A DNA stretch of 64,000 nucleotides from Acidimicrobiia bacterium (GCA_036558745.1 DATBEZ010000031.1:23454-87453); one strand, 5' to 3'; counted from the stretch's first letter, positions 19,370-28,430 are shown. Program-made: numbers and translations. Notes: a model not told the origin generated them from the letters alone.

Positions 19370-20505
19370 CGGGCCAGCACCTCGCGGTAGATGTCCTCGA
19401 GACGCCGGGCCGCCACCCGGATGTCGAACGTCTCGCTCCTCGCCTGCGCCGCGGCGCCCATCGCCGCCCGTCGTCGGGGATCCGCCGCAAGCGCGGTGAG
19501 CGCGTCCGCGAGCGCTTCGGGCTGCTTGGGCGGCACGAGCAGGCCCTCCACACCGTCGGTCACTGCTTCGGGCACGCCGCCGACCGCGGTCGCCACGACG
19601 GGCAACCCGAGCGCGAGCGCCTCCATGACCGCGACCGGCAACCCCTCGTTGTCGGACGCGAGGGTGAACAGGTCGCACGCGGCGAGCACGCGCACCGCGT
19701 CGTCGCGCCGGCCGAGCAGCAGCACCCGGTTGCCGAGACCGAGCTGCGCGTGCAGCGCGCGGGTCTCGCTCTCGAGCTGGCCCTGACCCACGGCGACGAT
19801 GCGCACCGCGACGCCGCGGTCGCGCAGGACGCACGCGGCCGCGAGCAGGTTGGGGTAGTCCTTCTGGGCCCGGAAGTTGGCGACGGTCCCGACGACGACC
19901 TCGTCGGCGCGAAGACCGAGCTCGGCCCGCACGTGGTCGCGGCACGCGCGCTGGCGGCGCACCTCGTCGAGGACCACCCCGTGCACGACCACCTCGGTAC
20001 GGGCCTGCAGACGCGGCGGCAGCGTCGCGTGCACCTGGGTCGAGACCGCGACGTCGGCGTCGTCGAGCGCGTACGTCGCGCCGCACAACCACCGGGTCGG
20101 ACGGGCGAAGCTGTGCCACGTGTTGTGCAGCGTGTACACGAGGCGCGGGCGACGGGCGCGCGGCAAGGTGCGCACGACGAGCCGTGCGATACCGGCCGGG
20201 TACGGGGAGTGCGCATGGAGGACGTCGACGGGTTCGCGGACCAGCCGGCGGCGCAACCGCGCGGCCCAGCGGAGGTCGCGCTCGTCGTGCACCTCCAGGC
20301 AGCGACTGGGCACGCCGAGCGCGGCGAGCTCGCCGACCAGCGCGTCCTTCCACGGGAGGAGGTAGTCGACCTCGAACGCGAACCCGTCGCGGGCATGCGC
20401 CGCGGCAGACGCCACCAGGAGGCGCTCCGCGCCGCCCGGTCCGAGCCCCTTCACGAGCCACAGGACGCGCACCGGTCGCGCCGGGTGCGTCGGGGCCTGC
20501 GCCAT
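19366..20505 (-). CDS. glycosyltransferase family 4 (GT-B)
   Basis: 379 aa: VRVLWLVKGLGPGGAERLL...LHAHSPYPAG...LASDNEGLPVAVMEALALGLPVVATAVGGVPEAV. First gene of the minus-strand operon. Confidence 0.85.
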   Translation of the reverse strand: MAQAPTHPARPVRVLWLVKGLGPGGAERLLVASAAAHARDGFAFEVDYLLPWKDALVGELAALGVPSRCLEVHDERDLRWAARLRRRLVREPVDVLHAHSPYPAGIARLVVRTLPRARRPRLVYTLHNTWHSFARPTRWLCGATYALDDADVAVSTQVHATLPPRLQARTEVVVHGVVLDEVRRQRACRDHVRAELGLRADEVVVGTVANFRAQKDYPNLLAAACVLRDRGVAVRIVAVGQGQLESETRALHAQLGLGNRVLLLGRRDDAVRVLAACDLFTLASDNEGLPVAVMEALALGLPVVATAVGGVPEAVTDGVEGLLVPPKQPEALADALTALAADPRRRAAMGAAAQARSETFDIRVAARRLEDIYREVLAR

Positions 20506-20617
20506 CGGCGAGCAGGGTACCTAACACACCCGCTCACCACGGCGGAAGCGCGCGCACGGGCCCGGGAACCGGGGAGGAGTTCGGTAACCTGCGGCGCCGG
20601 CCGCCCGGCGGGAGACC
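20506..20617. promoter_or_regulatory. divergent promoter region between the two glycan operons
   Basis: A 112-bp gap between divergent starts 20505 (-) and 20618 (+). I could not identify confident -10/-35 elements. Confidence 0.4.
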
Positions 20618-21766
20618 ATGCGCATCCTCTTCATCTCCGGCGTCGCGAGGGGTGGCTCGCCCCAGAGCACGCGCGAGCTCACGAGACGGCTCGCGGCCCG
20701 CGGCCACGCCGTCGGCGCGCTGTTCGGCGTCGACGAGGCGCCCCGGCGGCGGCAGCTGCACAAGCGCACGGTGAACCTCGCGGTGAAACTCGGCTCGTCG
20801 CCGCTCGCGCGCGTCCCGGAGACCCTCGCCGGCTGGATCTGCCGCCGCCCGCGCACCGTGCCCGGCACCGGTGACGTGCAGACGTGGGAGTCGCCGATCC
20901 CGTCGAGCGCGTTCCCAACCGTCGAGGCCCGGTTCCGTCCCGACGTGGTGGTCGCGTCCAGCATCGACCGGATGGACTGGCGGAGCATCCGGGCCCGGCT
21001 GCGCGAACACGGCACGCCGAGCGTCCTCTACGTCCGCGAGCAGAACGCGTTCGGGCACCTCACCGTGTCGCAGGCGCCGCCCGACCGGCTGGTGACCAAC
21101 GCGGCCGTGCACACCGAGCACGCGGCGGAGCTCGGGTTCGACGCGGCGACGGTCCCGTCGGTCGTCTCCGTCGACGACTGCCTCGTGACGAGCACGCGCG
21201 AGAAGGTGCTCCTGGTCAACCCGACGGCGCTGTACGGCGTCGACGTCGCCCTCGAGCTCGCCGCGACACGACCCGACGTCGCGTTCGCGCTCGCGGAGTC
21301 CTCGGTCCTGGCCGACGACGAGGTGGACGCGCTCACGGCCCGGCTCGCCGGGTTGCCCAACGTCGAGCTGCGTCGCTTCTCGCCCGACGCCCGTGCCCTG
21401 TACCGCGATGCGCGCGTGCTGCTCGCGCCGTACCGGTCGAACGGCCGTCCCCGCGTGGTGCTCGAAGCGCAGGCGAACGGGATCCCCGTGCTCGCCAGCG
21501 ACCTGCCTGCGCTGCGCGAGGCCGTCGGACCCGGCGGCCTCGTCGTCGACGCCGACGCGCCGGCAGCCGAATGGGCCCGCGCGCTGTCCCGGCTCGTCGA
21601 CGACCCCGCGCGCTACGAGACCTTCGCCGCCGCGGCACGCGAGCACTCGCGCCGCGCCGAGGTCGACCCCGAGGCGATCACCGACCGGTTCGAGGCGGTG
21701 CTGACGGAGCTGCTCGCCGGGCCCGGCGGCGCGTCGCGCGAGGCCGGAGACGTGCGGTGGAGCTGA
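20618..21766 (+). CDS. GT-B fold glycosyltransferase (GT4/GT1-like)
   Basis: 382 aa: MRILFISGVARGGSPQSTRELTRRLAARGH...NGRPRVVLEAQANGIPVLASDLPALREAV. The motifs are more diverged than in the other GT4 genes. Confidence 0.7.
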   Translation: MRILFISGVARGGSPQSTRELTRRLAARGHAVGALFGVDEAPRRRQLHKRTVNLAVKLGSSPLARVPETLAGWICRRPRTVPGTGDVQTWESPIPSSAFPTVEARFRPDVVVASSIDRMDWRSIRARLREHGTPSVLYVREQNAFGHLTVSQAPPDRLVTNAAVHTEHAAELGFDAATVPSVVSVDDCLVTSTREKVLLVNPTALYGVDVALELAATRPDVAFALAESSVLADDEVDALTARLAGLPNVELRRFSPDARALYRDARVLLAPYRSNGRPRVVLEAQANGIPVLASDLPALREAVGPGGLVVDADAPAAEWARALSRLVDDPARYETFAAAAREHSRRAEVDPEAITDRFEAVLTELLAGPGGASREAGDVRWS

Positions 21767-22614
21767 GCGTCGTGATCCCCGCGCGCGACGTGGCCGGCAC
21801 CTTGGCCGAGCAGCTCGACGCGCTGCTCGCGCAGCGCTTCGACGGCGAGTGGGAGATCGTCGTCGTCGACAACCGGTCCACCGACGGGACCGGCCTCCTC
21901 GCGCGCGGGTACGCCGATCGGTGCCCGCGCGTCCGCGTCGTCGACGCGGGCGAGCGCGACGGGTTGTGCTACTCGCGCGCCGTCGGTGTCGACGCCGCTC
22001 GCGCCGACGCGATCGCGATCTGCGACGGCGACGACGTCGTCGCGCCGGGCTGGGTCGCGGCCATGGCCGACGCGCTGCGCGTGCACCCCGTCGTCACGGG
22101 TGCGCTGGAGATCGACCGCCTGAACCCGCCCTGGTTGGCGGCGAGCCGGGGACGGCCCGACCGGACCCGCGTCGCCACGTGGTACGGGTGCTTCCCGCTC
22201 GTCTCCGGTGGCAACGTCGGGTTCCGGCGCGAGGTGTGGCGCGAGGTCGGCGGCTTCGACGAGCACTTCCTCGGGGCCGAGGACGCGGAGTTCTCGCTCC
22301 GCCTGTTCCGTCGCGGGATCCCGGTCACGTTCCTGCCCGACGCACTGATCCACTACCGCTACCGGGCCTCCGCGCGCGTCCTGTGGCGCCAGGGCCTGGT
22401 CTACGGGAGCGGACGGCCGCGTGTGCGCCGCCGCATGCGGGACCTCGGGATGCGCGTCCCGCCGCCGTTCACCGGATGGCGGTCGTGGACGTGGCTCGTG
22501 GTGCACCTGCCCGACCTCACGAGCGCGGCCGGCCGGGCCCGCTGGGTGTGGGTCGCGGGCAACCGCATCGGCCATGTGGTCGGCAGCGTGCAGACGCGCA
22601 CGCTGTTCGTGTAG
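21757..22614 (+). CDS. glycosyltransferase family 2 (paralogue of 11756..12652)
   Basis: 285 aa from GTG 21757 (10-nt overlap with the upstream gene): LSVVIPARDVAGTLAEQLDALL...IVVVDNRSTDGT...ICDGDDV...LEIDRLNPPWLAASRGR. It is colinear with the other GT2 (LEVDRLNPPWLTESRGR). Confidence 0.85.
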   Translation: MELSVVIPARDVAGTLAEQLDALLAQRFDGEWEIVVVDNRSTDGTGLLARGYADRCPRVRVVDAGERDGLCYSRAVGVDAARADAIAICDGDDVVAPGWVAAMADALRVHPVVTGALEIDRLNPPWLAASRGRPDRTRVATWYGCFPLVSGGNVGFRREVWREVGGFDEHFLGAEDAEFSLRLFRRGIPVTFLPDALIHYRYRASARVLWRQGLVYGSGRPRVRRRMRDLGMRVPPPFTGWRSWTWLVVHLPDLTSAAGRARWVWVAGNRIGHVVGSVQTRTLFV

Positions 22615-22622
22615 CCGGGCCC

Positions 22623-23753
22623 GTGCACATCTACTGGTACTGGCCGTTCCTGCGACGCGAGGAGCTGTCGCTCGCGCGCGGCGTGCTCGACGCGGGCGAC
22701 GAGCTGCTCGTGCACACGACGCCGCGCCCGTCGGACCCGATCACGTCCGACATCCCCGGCTGCGCGGTGGTGCCGGCGCTCGAAGCGCCCAGCGAGGCAC
22801 GCGAGGGATCACCGCGATGGCTGGCGTCGCGCGGGCGCACCTACGTGCAGCGCGCGCTCGTGCGCGACCGCACCGTGCGCCACGGCCACTTCGACGTGGT
22901 CCACGTGGTGTACCCGAACCGCTTCACCGATCCGTTCACGCTCGGACGCCTCGCCCGGCGGGTGCCGCTCGTGATGAGCGTGCACGACGTGGTCCCCCAT
23001 CACGGTCGCCTCCCCGCGCCGGTCGAACGCGACCTGCTCCGCCGGCTTTACCGGCACCCGGCCGCGATCGTCGTTGCACACGACTCGCTCCGGCGCGAGC
23101 TGGTGGCCGGCTACGGGGTCCCGGACGCGAAGGTGTCGGTCGTGCCGCTGCAGATCATCGAGGCCGACGCACCGACGGGCCCGCCCTCGACGCCCGACGG
23201 GCGGCCGGTGGTGCTCTTCTTCGGGGCGTTCCGGCGCAACAAGGGCCTCGACGTCCTGCTCGAGGCGATCGCGATGCTCGGTCCCGATGTCGAGGCGCGC
23301 TTCGTGATCGCGGGCCGCGGCGCGCGCGACGTCGAGGAGCTGGTGGCGCGGGGCGCGGCACAGGACCCACGGGTGACCGCCGAGGTCGGGTACGCCACCG
23401 CGGTCCGCAAGGCCGAGCTCCACGCCGGCGCGGCGCTCCTGGTGCTTCCGTACACGACCTTCTCGTCGCAGAGCATGGTGCTGGCCGACGCGTACGCGTA
23501 CGGCGTCCCGGCGATCGTGTCCGACGTGGGGGCGCTGGGTGAGACCGTCCGGGAGGACCGGACGGGTTGGGTGGTCGAGCCCGGTGACGCCGAGACGCTC
23601 GCGAGCGCGATCCGCGACGCGTTGACCGACGACGTCGGGCGCGCGGCCGCGGCGGGAGCGGCGCGCGCGGTGGCGGCCTCGCGCACACCCGAGCTCATCG
23701 GGCGCGAGCTGCGCGCCGTCTACGACCGGGCGATCGCCGCGTGGCGTCCGTGA
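22623..23753 (+). CDS. glycosyltransferase family 4 (GT-B)
   Basis: 376 aa from GTG 22623: HVVYPNRF...VVLFFGAFRRNKGLDVLLEA...SQSMVLADAYAYGVPAIVSDVGALGETV. Confidence 0.85.
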   Translation: MHIYWYWPFLRREELSLARGVLDAGDELLVHTTPRPSDPITSDIPGCAVVPALEAPSEAREGSPRWLASRGRTYVQRALVRDRTVRHGHFDVVHVVYPNRFTDPFTLGRLARRVPLVMSVHDVVPHHGRLPAPVERDLLRRLYRHPAAIVVAHDSLRRELVAGYGVPDAKVSVVPLQIIEADAPTGPPSTPDGRPVVLFFGAFRRNKGLDVLLEAIAMLGPDVEARFVIAGRGARDVEELVARGAAQDPRVTAEVGYATAVRKAELHAGAALLVLPYTTFSSQSMVLADAYAYGVPAIVSDVGALGETVREDRTGWVVEPGDAETLASAIRDALTDDVGRAAAAGAARAVAASRTPELIGRELRAVYDRAIAAWRP

Positions 23754-23791
23754 CCGCCTCGGGACCGATCCGGTCGACTTAGGCTGCCGAC

Positions 23792-24625
23792 ATGTCGTGG
23801 CGCGCGCGTTCCGACGACCCCAACTCACGAGCCGCGCTCGCGGCGCGCCAGGCCGCGCTCGACGCCGCGGCCGCCGCGCCGATCAGCAACCGCATCCGGC
23901 GCATCACCGAGCTGTGCTCCGGTCGGCACGTGCTCGACATCGGCTGCGTCGACCATCACGTCGGCACCCACGAGCAGGCCACCTTTCTCCACCGCCGCCT
24001 GGCGGAGTCGGCCGGGTCGGTCGTCGGCGTCGACATCGAGCCCGCCGGAGCGGCCGCCATGCGCGAGGCGGGCTTCGACGTCGTCGTCCACGACGTGTGC
24101 ACCGGACCCGGGCCGCTCGCGGCGTACGGCGCGTTCGACGTCGTCGTCGCAGGTGAGGTGGTCGAGCACCTCGCCGCGCCGCAGGCGCTCTTCGAGTTCG
24201 CGGCCGCGGTGCTGGCGCCGGGCGGCGCGCTCGTGCTGACGACTCCCAACCCGTACGCGCCGCACCGCGTCCGCGCCGGCCAGCTCGGCATCGCATGGGA
24301 GAACGCCGACCATGTGTTCTACGCGTTCCCGTCGGGGATCGTGGAGCTCGCCGAGCGGACGGGTCTGCGCCTCGACGAGCACCGGACGGTGCTCGTCCGC
24401 CCGATGCGCAAGGAGCTGTGGCGTGCGCTCAAGACGTGGGCGTCGCTCGCGGCCGACCGCCTTCGCGGGCGTTCGCGCGCCGCCGGCCGCGACGAGGAGC
24501 TGGAGCACGCGCTGAACCGGTACGCGAACCCGTTCGAGCTCGCGTTCGCGCTGCTCGGCCGTTCGAGCCGGTTCCTCGGTGAGACCTCGCTCTACGTGCT
24601 GCGGAAGCCGGTCGACTCGCCGTAG
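23792..24625 (+). CDS. class I SAM-dependent methyltransferase
   Basis: 277 aa with the SAM motif I VLDIGCVDH and the post-I/II segment FDVVVAGEVVEHL...LAPGGALVLTTPN. Its 3' end overlaps the convergent gene 24592..26073 by 34 nt. Confidence 0.85.
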   Translation: MSWRARSDDPNSRAALAARQAALDAAAAAPISNRIRRITELCSGRHVLDIGCVDHHVGTHEQATFLHRRLAESAGSVVGVDIEPAGAAAMREAGFDVVVHDVCTGPGPLAAYGAFDVVVAGEVVEHLAAPQALFEFAAAVLAPGGALVLTTPNPYAPHRVRAGQLGIAWENADHVFYAFPSGIVELAERTGLRLDEHRTVLVRPMRKELWRALKTWASLAADRLRGRSRAAGRDEELEHALNRYANPFELAFALLGRSSRFLGETSLYVLRKPVDSP

Positions 24626-26073
24626 CGGAGGGCCCGGGCCCGCAGCAGGTGGGCATACACCGTCGCCATCCGCGGGAGCTGGCCCGGTCGCAGCCGCGAC
24701 GGCGCGCGCCAGTCGAACACGCGCCGCCACGACAGGCCGCTGAAGTGCCGGTAGGTCCGTCGGAACGAGTCGGGGAGCTGCACCCAGCCGAAGCCGACCG
24801 CGCGCAGACGGGCGAAGAAGGCGCCGCCGACGTCGTAGCCGACGATGCCGCCGAACGCGGCCGGGTCCTCGACCTCCACGTAGGCAAAGCTCGCGTCGAG
24901 CCGGCCGCGCACCCGCTGCGCGTCGACGAGCAGCAGCCACGGCGCGGGACGCGCGCCGAGTGTGCGCTTCGCACCGCTGTGCGGATGGACGAAGCGGGCA
25001 CGCGACGGGATGATCTCCGCGCACACCAGCGCGGCGTCGTTGTCGATCGAAGCCCGGACCATCTCGTCGAGCCAGCCGGCCTCGAAGAACTCGATGTCGG
25101 AGTCGCAGAACACCGCGAAGCGCGTCGGGCAGTCGCGCAGCCACTGGTCGAGCCATTCGGCGTGCTGGCGGCCGTTCGGCGCGACCTCGAGCGTGAGCCA
25201 ACCTCGCGCCTCGTAGTCGCGCAGGAGCTCGAGCGACCCGTCGGTGGAGCCGCAGTCGCCGACCACGAGGCGGAAGTCACGGCCCGCGTACCGGCGCATG
25301 GTGCGGATGCACAGCTCGGTCGCGTACCGGGTGTTGATGCTCGCGACGTGCACGGTCACGTCCGCCGGGGCGTCCGCACCCGGCCCCGGTGACTCGGCTC
25401 CCGGCCGGCCCGCCAGGCGGCGTAGCGCCCGCGCCGGTCGCACGAACCCGTCGTCGACGACCTCGGTGAGCGCGGTCTGCAACCGCTCGCGTCGCGACGC
25501 GCGCGTCTCGTGGATCCGCGCCGGGTCGGCCCAGCGTGCCAGCGCGTCGCGCCAGCGCTCGGGCGGGATCGAGGTGTCGAGGAACCCGAGCTGGTCGTGC
25601 AGGTAGCGCCAGTCGGTGGCGAAGCGCGGGAACTCGAGCAGGGTATGGGGCAGGTCGTGATGCGCGATCGTGCGCACGAGCCGGTACAGCTCGACGCCCA
25701 GCGCCTCGCGCTGACGCGTCGGGCGGCTCGGCTCGACCGGCGAGTCGAGCTCGGCGAGCCGCGCGCCGAATGCGGTGGCCCGCAGACGGCTCGCGGCCGC
25801 GACGTCGAGGTCGCGGACCGGGACGACGACGTGCTCCACGTCGATCCCCTTGATGTCGAGCATGGGACCGAGGCGGTGCGCGAGCCCGGTGCCGCTCACG
25901 ACGCGCGGCGCGGTGCGCGACTCGGGCGGCGGGGCGCCACCCGAGGCGAGCTGGTCCGCGACGGGACGGTCACGCGCGAAGCCGGTGTCGAGGCCGAGCT
26001 CGGTGAGCACCTGCAGCAGCAGCGTCGTTCCCGCGCACCCCGCGCCGGAGACCACCACCTTCGCGTCACTCAT
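24592..26073 (-). CDS. two-domain protein: N-terminal P-loop-like (sulfotransferase 5'-PSB-like GxxxxGTT) domain fused to a GT2-like GT-A domain
   Basis: 493 aa. The N-terminus reads KVVVSGAGCAGTTLLLQVL. The C-terminal half reads VTVHVASINT...LVVGDCGSTDGSLELL...FCDSDIEF (DxD). It is a paralogue of 37444..38859. I recognise no characterised family for the whole architecture. Confidence 0.7.
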   Translation of the reverse strand: MSDAKVVVSGAGCAGTTLLLQVLTELGLDTGFARDRPVADQLASGGAPPPESRTAPRVVSGTGLAHRLGPMLDIKGIDVEHVVVPVRDLDVAAASRLRATAFGARLAELDSPVEPSRPTRQREALGVELYRLVRTIAHHDLPHTLLEFPRFATDWRYLHDQLGFLDTSIPPERWRDALARWADPARIHETRASRRERLQTALTEVVDDGFVRPARALRRLAGRPGAESPGPGADAPADVTVHVASINTRYATELCIRTMRRYAGRDFRLVVGDCGSTDGSLELLRDYEARGWLTLEVAPNGRQHAEWLDQWLRDCPTRFAVFCDSDIEFFEAGWLDEMVRASIDNDAALVCAEIIPSRARFVHPHSGAKRTLGARPAPWLLLVDAQRVRGRLDASFAYVEVEDPAAFGGIVGYDVGGAFFARLRAVGFGWVQLPDSFRRTYRHFSGLSWRRVFDWRAPSRLRPGQLPRMATVYAHLLRARALRYGESTGFRST

Positions 26074-26121
26074 CGCCGGATCATGGCTCCCTCGGGCCGG
26101 GCCCTCCAGGGCTCCGCACGG

Positions 26122-27381
26122 TCACGGCTCCGTGCGCTCGGCCGCGACGCCACGCTCGCCGTTGCCGTTGGCCGACGCGCCGCTGTCGCGGACGCGCGAC
26201 CACTGCGCCTCCACGTAGACGGGCGACAGGCGCACGATCGCACGCGGCGTCGGGTCGAGCTGGCGCACCCCGGACACGAGCAACGGCGCGATGGGCTGCC
26301 ACGGCGTGAACTCGATGCGGGTCTCCACCTGGTAGGCACCGAACCAGAGGAAGTACTGACCGGGCGGCAACGGCAGCCGCGGCATCACCAGCTCGAGCTC
26401 CGTCCGCCCGGGCGGCAACATCGCCTCGTGACGGACCACGAAGATCGGCGTCGGAGCGCCCTCGCTGGCGCCCAGGTAGAGGTTGACCTGACGCTCGACG
26501 TCGGTGCTGACCGTCAGGCGGACGGTGCACTCCTCGTTCACCGCGACGAGACGGCCGTTCGGCCCGTCGGCACGCACGTCGTGGACCTCGACGAGGCCGT
26601 GCACGTTCGCGTGCGCAGCCGCGTCCGACTCGATGTCACGTCGGTACGCGCCGAGCACGTCCTCGATGGGGCCGTCGGCGCGCACGATCCCGTCGTCGAG
26701 CCACACGCCGCGGGTCGCGGTCGCGCCGACCGCGGCGAGGTCGTGCGAGACGAGCAGGAGCGTCGTCCCGCTCTGGATCACGTCGCGCATGCGGTCGAGG
26801 CACTTCTGCTGGAACGACGTGTCCCCCACCGCGAGGACCTCGTCGACGATGAGGATGCTCGGCTCGAGGAACGCGGCCACCGCGAACCCGAGCCGCATCT
26901 TCATGCCGCTCGAGTAGAACTTCACCTGCCGTTCGACCGCGTCCTCGAGCTCCGCGAACGCCACGATCTCGTCGACCTTCTCCGCGACCTGCCTGCGGCT
27001 CAGCCCGAGCAGCGTCCCGTAGATCATCACGTTCTCGCGGCCCGTCAGCTCGGGATGGATGCCCGACAGGACCTCGATCAGCGCGCCCACGCGCCCGCCG
27101 GTCGCGAGCCGCCCCGTGTGCGGGAACATGACGCCGCTGACGATCTTCAGCAGCGTCGACTTCCCCGCGCCGTTGGCACCGATGATCGCGACCGCCTCAC
27201 CCGGCTCCGCGTCGATGCTCACGTCGCGCAGGACCCACCGCCAAGGGTTCTCCGGGACCGGGCCGCGCAGACGTGCCGTCGCGCGCGACACGTGGTCGCG
27301 CAGGAGCCGGCGCCCGCGGTCGGCTCGGAAGCGCTTCCAGAGGTGCTCCGCACGGACCGCCCCGTCAGGACACGTCGGCAA
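26122..27381 (-). CDS. polysaccharide ABC exporter ATP-binding protein (Wzt/TagH type) with C-terminal glycan-binding-like domain
   Basis: 419 aa with Walker A GANGAGKST, signature YSSGMKMRL, Walker B ILIVDEVLAVGD and H-loop SH. About 170 extra C-terminal residues follow, in the position of the Wzt C-terminal domain. The TTG start overlaps the permease gene by 17 nt. Confidence 0.9.
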   Translation of the reverse strand: MPTCPDGAVRAEHLWKRFRADRGRRLLRDHVSRATARLRGPVPENPWRWVLRDVSIDAEPGEAVAIIGANGAGKSTLLKIVSGVMFPHTGRLATGGRVGALIEVLSGIHPELTGRENVMIYGTLLGLSRRQVAEKVDEIVAFAELEDAVERQVKFYSSGMKMRLGFAVAAFLEPSILIVDEVLAVGDTSFQQKCLDRMRDVIQSGTTLLLVSHDLAAVGATATRGVWLDDGIVRADGPIEDVLGAYRRDIESDAAAHANVHGLVEVHDVRADGPNGRLVAVNEECTVRLTVSTDVERQVNLYLGASEGAPTPIFVVRHEAMLPPGRTELELVMPRLPLPPGQYFLWFGAYQVETRIEFTPWQPIAPLLVSGVRQLDPTPRAIVRLSPVYVEAQWSRVRDSGASANGNGERGVAAERTEP

Positions 27382-28282
27382 AGCCGGTCTCCAGGCGCTT
27401 GAAGATCAGGTACGTCCCGAGCAGGTAGACGACCGTCGACGCCGCCCCGATCGTCGTGTAGGTGAAGCTCGGCGCGCGGCCGTAGAGCACGCATTCACGG
27501 AAGCCGTCGATCACGGCACCCAGCGGGTTGATGGCGCAGTACGCCGCGCGGTACGCGACCGGCAGCTCACGGAGCCCGTACACGACCGGGGTCAGGAACA
27601 GGCCGAGCTGCATGACGAGGGGCAGCGCGTGCCGCACGTCGCGCAGGTACACGGTGACCGCGCCGGCCAGGAGCGAGCAGGCGACCGTGAACCCGATGAG
27701 GATCACGATGAGCGGCACCACCCAGTACGACGTCGACGCGGGCGCGGTCCACTCGACCAGGAACAGCACGCCCAGCGCGAGCGACGCGCAGATCGCGCCG
27801 ACCCCGGCCACCACGACCTCGGACAGCGGGAAGACCTCACGCGGCGCGTACACCTTGTTAAGGAGCGGCTGGTTCACGAGGCTCAGACCGGCGGTCTGCA
27901 CCGAGTTCGCGTAGAAGGTCCACGGCACGAGCCCGATGTACGAGAACAGCGGATACGGCGCCCCGCCGGTGTTCACCTTCCCGACGCGGTTGAACAGGAA
28001 CGTGAACACGACCATCAGCGTGAACGGCTGGAGCAGCGCCCATCCCACGCCGAGGATCTCCTGGTTGTAGGTGGAGCGCAGGTCGCGGACGGCCAGGCTG
28101 CTCACCGTGTGGCGCGCTGCCCACAGCGAGCGCAGCGAGGTCCCCAGCTTGAGCGCGCGCCGGTAACGCAGCTCGGGCGGCGGCTCATCGGGGATCGCGC
28201 TCGCGACGGAGGAGGCGCGCACGGGCCCGGACGCGCTCGTGGGCTCGGGTTCGTCGCGGGGCGTGGGGACCGGGACGGTCAC
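27365..28282 (-). CDS. ABC-2 type polysaccharide exporter permease (Wzm/TagG type)
   Basis: ORF 27365..28402 trimmed to GTG 28282, which has GGAGGA 8 nt upstream. It reads RDLRSTYNQEILGVGWALLQPF with six predicted TM helices, typical of an ABC-2 permease. Confidence 0.85.
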   Translation of the reverse strand: MTVPVPTPRDEPEPTSASGPVRASSVASAIPDEPPPELRYRRALKLGTSLRSLWAARHTVSSLAVRDLRSTYNQEILGVGWALLQPFTLMVVFTFLFNRVGKVNTGGAPYPLFSYIGLVPWTFYANSVQTAGLSLVNQPLLNKVYAPREVFPLSEVVVAGVGAICASLALGVLFLVEWTAPASTSYWVVPLIVILIGFTVACSLLAGAVTVYLRDVRHALPLVMQLGLFLTPVVYGLRELPVAYRAAYCAINPLGAVIDGFRECVLYGRAPSFTYTTIGAASTVVYLLGTYLIFKRLETGFADVS

Positions 28283-28430
28283 CAGTCGTGTCCTCCGGTG
28301 GCGGTGGCGTTGGGGCCGACGCCGCGGCACGCCCGGGGCGGCCCTGCGTGCTGGGCGCCGGGGAGCAGGTCGAGCCGTGTCCGGGCAGTCTGCCACGGGC
28401 ACCGGCGGGGACGCCGCAGCGGTCGCGAAG

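Noticed and set aside
25990-26073. GAGCAGTT near the N-terminus of the fusion protein, considered as a Walker A NTPase or kinase motif (a WbdD-like kinase).
   Set aside because: The invariant Lys of GxxxxGK[ST] is missing, and no Walker B is evident. The loop fits a sulfotransferase-type PSB loop better, but even that is only a resemblance.
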